From NCBI GenBank assembly GCA_029564515.1, contig JAKQPV010000026.1:158066-222065 (forward strand): 64,000 nucleotides of DNA, written 5' to 3'. The notes beneath the pieces are model-generated. The model was not told the DNA's origin. It saw nothing but the letters and a program-made list of their open reading frames with translations, and did no database searches. Of this stretch, positions 9,314-17,350 are shown in pieces. The stretch is from Spirochaetota bacterium. GTDB taxonomy: Bacteria; Spirochaetota; UBA4802; UBA5550. Position numbers and translations under genes: made by a program. Positions within the stretch are counted from its first letter, which is position 1, and every line of letters begins with the position of its first letter.

Positions 9314-9412
9314 CCCCCTCCCTTGATGGGAGGGGGCAGGAGAGGGTGAAAAACGGTATGCCCGTAGTTTATACCTTCACCCCCACCCGGCCCTCCCCCT
9401 CAAGGGGGAGGG
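9314..9412. repeat. Composite G/C-rich palindromic element (two poly-C/poly-G hairpins)
   Basis: Two hairpins, ccccctccc-ttgat-gggaggggg (9314-9336) and ccctccccc-tcaa-gggggaggg (9391-9412), are joined by the partially complementary agagggtgaa / ttcaccccc. Confidence 0.6.
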
Positions 9413-9440
9413 AAACAATGGAAACAATTCAAATGAGAGG

Positions 9441-11162
9441 TTGACAATGTACCTGCTGGCAAACATAAAGAACGCGTTAAAGATGTCCCGCGCCGCACTC
9501 CTCTTTTTTCGCGACGAGATAAGCCGCGGCACCTTGAAGCAGAATTTCAAGAGCCTGAAGAAAAGCAAGGAGATCGCGGAAGACATGTCCTGGGCCGAGC
9601 TCGCCGAGGAAAAGGCACGCAAATACGGGGACCGGGTGTTCCTGATGTTCGAGGACAAAAAGTTCACGTTCCGCCAGATGGACGAAAACGCGAACCGCAT
9701 CGGCAACTACCTGCTCTCCCTGGGCGGAGGCCGCGGCAAGGGGGTCGCCATCATCATGGGCAACTGTCCTCAGTACCTGGATATCTACATCGGGTCGCAG
9801 AAAATCGGCATGTATTCCATTCCCGTGAACACGTCCCTGCGCGGCGACAGCCTTCTCTACATATTAAACCACAGCGACTCGGAATTCGTATTCATTGACG
9901 AGGAATTCCTTGACGTGTACAACAAGATCGCGGACAGGGTCGAGAAGATAAAGCACGTGATCGTGAACCGCCCGGCGGCCGCAGCCTCGAAGCTTCCCGC
10001 GGGCATGAAGGACCTGTCCGGGGCGTACAGCCATTCCGCGATAAAGCCCGAGGGATCTGCCCCCGGCAGGGACGACATCTGCTTCATCCTGTACACCTCC
10101 GGCACGACCGGCCTTCCCAAGGGTGTCATGTACCGGTACGGCAAGACCACGGTAAAGCTTCTCTCCCTCCCGGCCTACATGATGTACAAAAAATCCGACA
10201 TCCTCTATACCTGCCTGCCGCTCTTCCACGGCAACGCGCTGTGGCTCACGACAACGGTCGCCCTGCACCGGGGCGCGAAGGTCGTGCTCACGAAGAAATT
10301 CTCGGCCAGCAGGTTCTGGGACGATATCCGCAAGTACAACGTGACCGCGTTCAACACGCTCGGGGCAATGATACCTATTTTAATGAAGCAGCCGGAAAGG
10401 GCGACCGACCGCGACAACCGGGTGCGGTTCACCCTCTCCGCTGCGTGCCCGGCCGACGAATGGCCGAAATTCGAGAAGCGCTTCGGCATTAAAATCTACG
10501 AGGGGTACGGGGCGGTTGACGGCGGCGGAAAGAGCATCATGAACCTGGGCAACGCGCCGGTCGGCTCCATCGGGAAACCGAGCCTGGGCGTGGTCTACCG
10601 GCTGGTCGACAATAACGGCAATGACGTCCCGGATGGGACGCCGGGCGAGCTCATTTTCGAATCGAAGGGCAAAAAAAAGTCGGTGGAATACTTCAAGAAC
10701 GACAAGGCATCCGGCGACAAGCTCCGGAACGGCTGGATCTATACCGGCGACCTGGTCCGGCGCGACGCGAAAGGCTACCTCTACTTCGTGGGCCGCAACG
10801 CCGAGTTCATGCGGATCAAGGGCGAGAACGTGTCCGCCTACGAGGTGGAGCACACGATCCAGAAGCACCCATCGGTGGTGGAAGCGGCAGTATACGCCGT
10901 ACCGTCAGAGCTGGCGGAAGACGAGATCATGGCCTCCATCTCCCTGGTAGAGGGACATGCGCTCAAGGAAGAGGACCTGGTCGATTTTCTGAAAGAAGAC
11001 TTGCCTAAATTCGCGGTGCCGCGGTATATTCGGATCGTGAAGGAGTTCCCGAAAACCGAGACACAGCGCATAATCAAGAAGGAGCTCGAAAAAATAGGCA
11101 TCGTTCACGGCACGTTCGACTCGCAGAAGAACGAGCGCGTACTGAAAGAAAAAATTTCGTAA
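9441..11162 (+). CDS. AMP-dependent acyl-CoA synthetase/ligase
   Basis: AMP-binding motifs ILYTSGTTGLPKGVMY, YEGYGAVDGG and YTGDLVRRDAKGYLYFVGR. The exact start is uncertain. Confidence 0.85.
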   Translation: MTMYLLANIKNALKMSRAALLFFRDEISRGTLKQNFKSLKKSKEIAEDMSWAELAEEKARKYGDRVFLMFEDKKFTFRQMDENANRIGNYLLSLGGGRGKGVAIIMGNCPQYLDIYIGSQKIGMYSIPVNTSLRGDSLLYILNHSDSEFVFIDEEFLDVYNKIADRVEKIKHVIVNRPAAAASKLPAGMKDLSGAYSHSAIKPEGSAPGRDDICFILYTSGTTGLPKGVMYRYGKTTVKLLSLPAYMMYKKSDILYTCLPLFHGNALWLTTTVALHRGAKVVLTKKFSASRFWDDIRKYNVTAFNTLGAMIPILMKQPERATDRDNRVRFTLSAACPADEWPKFEKRFGIKIYEGYGAVDGGGKSIMNLGNAPVGSIGKPSLGVVYRLVDNNGNDVPDGTPGELIFESKGKKKSVEYFKNDKASGDKLRNGWIYTGDLVRRDAKGYLYFVGRNAEFMRIKGENVSAYEVEHTIQKHPSVVEAAVYAVPSELAEDEIMASISLVEGHALKEEDLVDFLKEDLPKFAVPRYIRIVKEFPKTETQRIIKKELEKIGIVHGTFDSQKNERVLKEKIS

Positions 11163-11265
11163 ATCTTTTGCAGCCCCACCCCGCGGGGCTGCCTGTTGCC
11201 TTTTTTTCACAAACCGAATGGACGGTTGGCGCAGACGGGGCATTCAAACATAGGGGGAAGCAGGG

Positions 11266-12780
11266 ATGAAACCATTGAGGATCGGCAGGAAAGAAAAGCT
11301 TCATTTACTCGAACAGGGCCCGAAAATATGGGAAGCCTTTAACGGTCTTGAGTGCCAGCACCGGCTGGCGAAGAGTACGCATAAAGACGTCAAGAAAGCG
11401 ATTGCCATAGCCCGAAAATTCAACAACGAAGTCATCCGGCCCATCTACCTCGAAATGGACCTCAAGTGCATGGAAGACCATGATTACCTGGCCTGGGATT
11501 TCCTCAAAAAAGCCGGCGAATGGGGCCTCTTCTCACTGTTCATCCCGAAGATCTTCGGCGGCAGCGGCCTGAACTTCCTGGGCATGTATCCCTTCATTGA
11601 AGAGATTGCCTCGGTCTGCTCCGGCCTGGGGCATATCATCTTCGTCCACTACCTCGGGCTCGCCACGCTCTTTCCTTCATTCAACTCGAAGATACTCAAC
11701 AAGGTCCTACGCGACGTGCCGAAAAGCGAGAAGAAAGGCGAGCCGCACCTCCTCGACCTGGTCATCACCGAGCCCGACGCCGGCACCGACGTGCAGGAGC
11801 CGCTCCTGCTTGACAGGGGCCGGATCGGGACCATCGCCAAAAAGGTCGATGGCGGATATGTTATCAATGGAAGAAAGATATTCATATCGAACGGCCACTT
11901 CTCCTACTGGCATATCGTCATGTGCAGCGAGGACAAGAAGAACCCGGCCGAGACCTTCATCCAGTGCGTTATCCCGAACGGGAGCAAGGGGTTCAGCTTC
12001 GGCACGCGCGAGAAGAAGATGGGGCACCTGGCCTCCACCGCGAGCGAGCTCCTGTTCGAGGACTGTTTCGTTCCGAACGACTGGATGAGCATCGTGTGCC
12101 AGAGCCCCGACATGATAAACTCGAAAAAGGGGATCCGGTGGACCGTCCACTCGATGATCGATTACGTGGTTTCCAGCTCCCGCGCCGGTGTCGGCGCGAT
12201 CGGTACCGGCATCGCGCGGGGCGCGTATGAGGCGGCGATGTCGTACGCGCGGAAGAAGAACGTGGGCGGCGAGCTACTCGTCAACCAGCAGTGGGCCCAG
12301 ATCATCCTCACGGACATGTACCGCAACGTGAACATGGGACGGGCGATTTACATGGAAAGCGCATATACCGACATGCTCCAGGGCCTTTTCAAGCTCCTGG
12401 CGAAAAAGCCGATCCACTATTTTCTCACGCTGATGCCGAAGTGGTATTTCTCGCTGATATCGCCCCTCCTGAGCCTGAAGCTCGTTACCCGCCTGTTCAG
12501 GAAGTATTACTACGACTGGTACACGGACGAGGAGCGGGACGCCTCGTCCGGGTGGGCCTCGATCGCCAAGTACACCTGCACGGACATCGGCGTGGCCAAC
12601 GCGAACCTCGCGCTCGACCTGATGGGCGCGGACGGTCTCCGGCACGATCACGGCGCGGAAAAATGCTACCGGGACGTCAAGCTGACGCAGATATACGAGA
12701 GCACGAACCAGGTCAACCAGATGAACCTTTTCTGCTGCCTTGTCGGCAATCACATGCCGGAAGTCGAGTTCTTCAAATAA
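11266..12780 (+). CDS. Acyl-CoA dehydrogenase (long form with extra segments)
   Basis: ACAD fold. The catalytic-base motif is present (RDVKLTQIYESTNQVNQ). TEPDAGTD and the FISNG-type middle domain are also present. Confidence 0.85.
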   Translation: MKPLRIGRKEKLHLLEQGPKIWEAFNGLECQHRLAKSTHKDVKKAIAIARKFNNEVIRPIYLEMDLKCMEDHDYLAWDFLKKAGEWGLFSLFIPKIFGGSGLNFLGMYPFIEEIASVCSGLGHIIFVHYLGLATLFPSFNSKILNKVLRDVPKSEKKGEPHLLDLVITEPDAGTDVQEPLLLDRGRIGTIAKKVDGGYVINGRKIFISNGHFSYWHIVMCSEDKKNPAETFIQCVIPNGSKGFSFGTREKKMGHLASTASELLFEDCFVPNDWMSIVCQSPDMINSKKGIRWTVHSMIDYVVSSSRAGVGAIGTGIARGAYEAAMSYARKKNVGGELLVNQQWAQIILTDMYRNVNMGRAIYMESAYTDMLQGLFKLLAKKPIHYFLTLMPKWYFSLISPLLSLKLVTRLFRKYYYDWYTDEERDASSGWASIAKYTCTDIGVANANLALDLMGADGLRHDHGAEKCYRDVKLTQIYESTNQVNQMNLFCCLVGNHMPEVEFFK

Positions 12781-12799
12781 ACAACCGGAGGGGGGAACC

Positions 12800-13930
12800 A
12801 TGAACTCCATAAACACGGACAGTCTGGCCTGCGAAAGGCAGGCATTCGCCGACCTCGCGAAAGACTTCAGCGCGAAAAAGCTTGCAGAGCTCCGCGAGGA
12901 ACATGACAGGTATCCCTTCGGGGAGCTCTTTACCGACGCCATCAGGGACGCCGGGATCATCGGCCTGTACGGCATAAACCTGCCCGTCGATTACGGCGGG
13001 GTCGGGATGAACGCCGCCATGGTCGCGGTGATAGTGGAGAAGCTGAGCGAAGTCGATGCCAGCATGGCCGGGATCGTGTTCGCCAACGCCGCGGCACTCG
13101 AGATCATCGGGGAAGGCGCGGCCGCGAAAAACTCGGGCGACATTTACACGAGCACGGACCGGTTCGGCACCGCTCCCCTGGCTTTTCAGTCATTCGCCGC
13201 GCCGAACGAGAGCGACATGCCGGACGCGGACGCGGGCGGCTCGCTGACGGGCACCGCCGCCTATCTCACGCTAGGCAACATCGCCGATTTCGCCGTTGTC
13301 CCCGCGCGGAACAGCGGAAAACAGGGCTTCTCCTATTACCTGGCAGATCTGAAAAACAGGAACGTCCGGATATCGAAGCCGGTCGTCAGCCTGGGGCTCC
13401 ACTCCTGCCCCTCGGTCGACGTGACCTTCGAGGGAATCCCCGCTCGGCTCATCGGCATGCAGGGCGAGGGAGACCGCTATTTTAACGCGATGCGGGACCG
13501 CATGTCGATCTGTGCCGCCGCGATGTCGGTCGGCCTCATGAAGGGCTCGTTCAAGGAGGCGCTGGAGTACGCGGCTGACCGGTACCAGGGCGGCCGGCAG
13601 ATAATCGACTGGGGACAGGTGCGGATGATGCTCGCCAACATGGCGGTGCTGGCCAGGACCGGGGAAAGCTGCCTGGCGAATGCGTGCCGCGAGCTGGACG
13701 ACACCGCGCCCGGATGGGAGCAAACGGCCACGGCCGCTGCGATACACCTCGGTGAGCTTGCGAACCGGGCCACGACCGACGGCGTACAGCTGCTCGGCGG
13801 GAACGGCTACATGAAGGACTATGGCCAGGAGCAGCGCATGCGTGACGCGCGCCAGGTCCAGTCCCTCCTGGGAAACGCGCTGTTCCGCAAGATGGACTTC
13901 ATCGGGCACATCATCGGGGAAAACAGGTAG
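12800..13930 (+). CDS. Acyl-CoA dehydrogenase-family protein lacking the canonical C-terminal catalytic Glu
   Basis: ACAD-like throughout. The aligned motif reads RDARQVQSLLGNALFRK (E replaced by L). The start is taken at MNSINTD after a GGAGGGGGGA RBS, and the upstream ORF overlap is spurious. Confidence 0.8.
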   Translation: MNSINTDSLACERQAFADLAKDFSAKKLAELREEHDRYPFGELFTDAIRDAGIIGLYGINLPVDYGGVGMNAAMVAVIVEKLSEVDASMAGIVFANAAALEIIGEGAAAKNSGDIYTSTDRFGTAPLAFQSFAAPNESDMPDADAGGSLTGTAAYLTLGNIADFAVVPARNSGKQGFSYYLADLKNRNVRISKPVVSLGLHSCPSVDVTFEGIPARLIGMQGEGDRYFNAMRDRMSICAAAMSVGLMKGSFKEALEYAADRYQGGRQIIDWGQVRMMLANMAVLARTGESCLANACRELDDTAPGWEQTATAAAIHLGELANRATTDGVQLLGGNGYMKDYGQEQRMRDARQVQSLLGNALFRKMDFIGHIIGENR

Positions 13931-14099
13931 GGCTTGAGTTGTTGCAAAACAGCTCAAATGCCTGCAGAGATGACGGCACATTTGCGGAGCGAATGTGCGA
14001 AATTGCGGGTTTCCCGCGATTTCGACCGGTTGCAAAACTCCACGGATGGAGTTTCGCAACCGGTCTATCGAGCATTACTATTTCAAGCGAGGAGCGTTC

Positions 14100-14945
14100 A
14101 TGAGATTAGACAGGAGATTCCCGAAGAAACGCGTTATCATCACCGGCGCCGGCAGCGGTCTGGGACGGGCGACGGCCCTGGAGTTCGCGAAAAAGAAATG
14201 GAACATCGGCATCGCGGAGATCAACAGGAAGCGGGCCGAGGAGACCGCGGACCTGGTCAGGCGGGAGGGCGGGACGCCCCTTGTTCTATCGTGTGACGTG
14301 ACGAAACCGAAAGATTTTAAAAAGGTCCTGGCCAGGGTTGTGAAGGAATGGGGCGGCCTCGACATCCTTGTCAACAACGCCGGAGTGGCCGCGGCCGGGT
14401 ATTTCGAGAAAATACCCCTGGACCGCTGGGAGTGGATAATCGACCTCAACCTGAGAAGCATCATCTTCGGGTGCCATGTGGTTATCCCCCAGTTCAAGAA
14501 GCAGGGATTCGGACACATTGTCAACGTGGCGTCAAACGCGGGTATAGCATGCCTCCCCGAGATGGGCAGCTACAACGTGACCAAGGCGGGGGCTATCTCC
14601 GCCTCGGAGACGCTGCGCTGCGAACTGGCGCCCCACAATATCGGGGTGACGGTGGTGTGTCCCACCTTCTTCAAGACGAACCTGATGGACCAGTTTACCT
14701 CGCCGGACGAGCGCCAGAAAAAAATGGCCGAGAAATTCTTTGAAAAAGCACGGACATCTTCGGAAAAGGTGGCGCGGCATATCATCAGCTCCATCGAAAA
14801 AAACCGGTTCTATGTGATTACCCAGAGTGACGGGAGATTCATATGGTGGTCCAAACGTCATTTCCCGGAGCTATATTTCAAAATCTCATCATACGTGTAC
14901 CGGAAAGGGTACATGGACAAATACCTGGGAGTAGACACCAATTAA
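14100..14945 (+). CDS. Short-chain dehydrogenase/reductase (SDR)
   Basis: TGAGSGLGRA (TGxxxGxG), NNAG and YNVTKAG (YxxxK). The start at MRLDRRF is preceded by GAGGAG. Confidence 0.85.
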   Translation: MRLDRRFPKKRVIITGAGSGLGRATALEFAKKKWNIGIAEINRKRAEETADLVRREGGTPLVLSCDVTKPKDFKKVLARVVKEWGGLDILVNNAGVAAAGYFEKIPLDRWEWIIDLNLRSIIFGCHVVIPQFKKQGFGHIVNVASNAGIACLPEMGSYNVTKAGAISASETLRCELAPHNIGVTVVCPTFFKTNLMDQFTSPDERQKKMAEKFFEKARTSSEKVARHIISSIEKNRFYVITQSDGRFIWWSKRHFPELYFKISSYVYRKGYMDKYLGVDTN

Positions 14946-14973
14946 AAACATAACGATCTTCTGGAGGGGGAGA

Positions 14974-15729
14974 ATGAACGTGAGAAACGAAGAACTGTCT
15001 CCATTAGGCAAATACACTGAAGGCATGCCCTGGAACGCGGTGGAAAAAATCATCATGGAGCGGCGGAGCGTTCGCTCGTTCCGCAAGGACCCGCTGCCGG
15101 ACAGCATGATAGAGCGCATTCTCGAGGCGGGCCGTTTCGCTCCGTCCGCCGGAAACTGCCAGCCCTGGCGCTTCATTGTCGTAAAGAGCCCCGAGGTACT
15201 GGCCGCCATGGAGCGTGACGCGGCCAGATTCGTGAAGCTGCTGATGTTCTTCCTGGATTACACAAGGGGCGGATGGCTCAGGAGGCTCCTCGTCAGACCA
15301 ATCGGCAAGCTTTTCATCAGGACCCGCATGAACGAGTTCCACCCGGTGCCCTTCAGCCTCATGTCTAAGATCGGGACGGGAGAAACGCACGTGTTCCACA
15401 ACGCGCCGACCCTGATACTGATGGCCGAGGACAGGCGCGGCGTGTCCTGCCCGGCCATGGATATCGGCATCTGCGGCCAGAACATGGCGCTGACGGCGCA
15501 CAGCCTGGGGGCCGGCTCCTGCTGGATCGGCCTGATCAAGCTTTTAATGTACATGCCCTGGTGGAAGAAGCGTCTCGGCATCAAGTATCCCTACCGGCTC
15601 GAGGTATGCCTCGCCGTGGGGTGGCAGAAGCCGAAGGCGGACGGGATCGTCCCGCGCGAGGTGCAGATCATCGAATGGTTTGAAGGCGGCCTCAAGGACA
15701 AACCCAGATACACGAAGCAGGGGGAATAA
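14974..15729 (+). CDS. Nitroreductase-family FMN protein
   Basis: RRSVRSFRKDPLP, PSAGNCQPWRF and a C-terminal GAGSCWIG pattern are typical of the nitroreductase superfamily. Confidence 0.75.
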   Translation: MNVRNEELSPLGKYTEGMPWNAVEKIIMERRSVRSFRKDPLPDSMIERILEAGRFAPSAGNCQPWRFIVVKSPEVLAAMERDAARFVKLLMFFLDYTRGGWLRRLLVRPIGKLFIRTRMNEFHPVPFSLMSKIGTGETHVFHNAPTLILMAEDRRGVSCPAMDIGICGQNMALTAHSLGAGSCWIGLIKLLMYMPWWKKRLGIKYPYRLEVCLAVGWQKPKADGIVPREVQIIEWFEGGLKDKPRYTKQGE

Positions 15730-15730
15730 C

Positions 15731-16114
15731 ATGCAGAAGACAACATATTCATTTTTTGACAGGATACGGATACCGGACTACGACACGCTGAAGCACAACC
15801 AGGCAGGCAATCTGAATTTTGACCCGGCGCTCTGCAGGCAGTGCGGTGTCTGCATCCAGCTCTGCCCGGGAGGCTGCCTGCTGACCGGGACGACCAGGAA
15901 GATGGACCTCCTTTCAGGGAAGGCGAAGGGCGGGAAATACGGCGTGCCGCACGTCGCTACGACCCGGCTGGGCGCGACGCTGTGCGTCGCCTGCTTCGAC
16001 TGCGGCGCGGCCTGCCCTCACGGTGCAATCAGCATTAAAAGCAATTTCAATCCCGGGCTGCATTTCAAGAGGCTCACGCAGACGAACGACATGCGGTACC
16101 CGAAACGCTACTAA
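15731..16114 (+). CDS. 2x[4Fe-4S] ferredoxin-domain protein
   Basis: Two CxxCxxCxxxCP motifs (CRQCGVCIQLCP, CVACFDCGAACP). The start at MQKTTYS lies 1 nt after the nitroreductase stop. Confidence 0.8.
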   Translation: MQKTTYSFFDRIRIPDYDTLKHNQAGNLNFDPALCRQCGVCIQLCPGGCLLTGTTRKMDLLSGKAKGGKYGVPHVATTRLGATLCVACFDCGAACPHGAISIKSNFNPGLHFKRLTQTNDMRYPKRY

Positions 16115-16126
16115 AGGCAGTGTACC

Positions 16127-17164
16127 ATGGAATACCGGTACCTGAAAACAAGACGGGTCAATCAAACCCTCTGGGTCGAGATCAGCAACCCGCCGGTCAA
16201 CTTTTTAACGATGGACCTGCTTGAGGAGCTCCATCTCCTGGTAAAGGAGTGCTCCAGGGACGAGTCGATACGCGTCTTCATTCTTACCGGAGCGCGTGAC
16301 GGTATCTACATCATGCACTTTCATATTCCGGAGCTGCTGCGGCTCCACGCGCACAACAGGCGCCTCCTGCTCCACCTGATGGCGAGGTTCCGGCCCACGG
16401 CCGCGCTCCTGGCATGGTGCATGACCTTCAGCAACTGGCTCATGGACCGCTCCGCCCGGTACGAATGGCTGATCCTGAAACTGGCGAAGCTGATCCGGGG
16501 CTGGTCCTCCGGCATGTTCCTCTGGTTCCAGATGACAAGGCTTTACCACGCGGTTGAGCGGATGAACAAGGTGACCATCGCCGCGATAAACGGTCCCTGC
16601 AATGGCGGCGGCACAGAACTCTCGACCTGCTTCGACTTCCGCTTCATGGTCGGCGACCGGGACTTCACCATCGGCCAGCCCGAGTGCATGATTGGAATCG
16701 TACCCGGCGGCGGGAACACGCAGCGGCTGCCCCGCCTTATCGGCAGGGCAAAGGCGCTCGAGATGATGCTCAGGGGCAACCAGCTGACCCCGCAGGAGGC
16801 AAAGACAATCGGCCTGATAACCGATGTTTACAAGCAAGGGGAATTCGCAGCAAAGGTACAGGCATTCGCCGATCTCATGAGCAAACGCCCCCCCGTCGGC
16901 ATCGATGCGATAAAGAAAAGCGTGCTGGGCGGCATGAGCACAACCCTGAGGCACGGGCTGAGCCTGGAGCTGAACCAGAGCCTGCGCTGCCTTGAAACAG
17001 AGGACACGGTGATGGCCATGGAGGAATACATCCGGTATCTCGATTCGAGCATCAACACGATCGACCCCGACAGGGTGACAACGAAAGAGATCGTGCGCAT
17101 TGTCAACAAGACGGTGGACGACATGGAGAACGCGAGGATACTCCCCGTATTCAGGGGAAAATAA
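16127..17164 (+). CDS. Enoyl-CoA hydratase/isomerase (crotonase) family with a large internal insertion
   Basis: Crotonase core (NPPVNFL, AAINGPCNGGGTELSTCFDFR). At 345 aa it is longer than the usual ~260. Confidence 0.8.
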   Translation: MEYRYLKTRRVNQTLWVEISNPPVNFLTMDLLEELHLLVKECSRDESIRVFILTGARDGIYIMHFHIPELLRLHAHNRRLLLHLMARFRPTAALLAWCMTFSNWLMDRSARYEWLILKLAKLIRGWSSGMFLWFQMTRLYHAVERMNKVTIAAINGPCNGGGTELSTCFDFRFMVGDRDFTIGQPECMIGIVPGGGNTQRLPRLIGRAKALEMMLRGNQLTPQEAKTIGLITDVYKQGEFAAKVQAFADLMSKRPPVGIDAIKKSVLGGMSTTLRHGLSLELNQSLRCLETEDTVMAMEEYIRYLDSSINTIDPDRVTTKEIVRIVNKTVDDMENARILPVFRGK

Positions 17165-17215
17165 CCGCCCGCACAGCCCCGCACCCGGCAACACGGCCCA
17201 GAGAACCGAATAAAA

Positions 17216-17229
17216 ATAGTGTACACTAT
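17216..17229. repeat. 14-bp perfect palindrome ATAGTGTACACTAT built from the same heptamer units as the large repeat family
   Basis: Read directly. It is intergenic between the crotonase and SpoIIE genes. A related TTAATGTACACTATG lies at 1378-1392. Confidence 0.5.
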
Positions 17230-17350
17230 GGAGTCCGTCAGGATTCTCTCTAAAAAGTACAAGACAGGGCGGCAGAATTTATGTTATACTTGAACGACAA
17301 TTTCGCATAACGGGATGGCGGCACTTCCTTTAAACAGAGGAGGGAGACAT

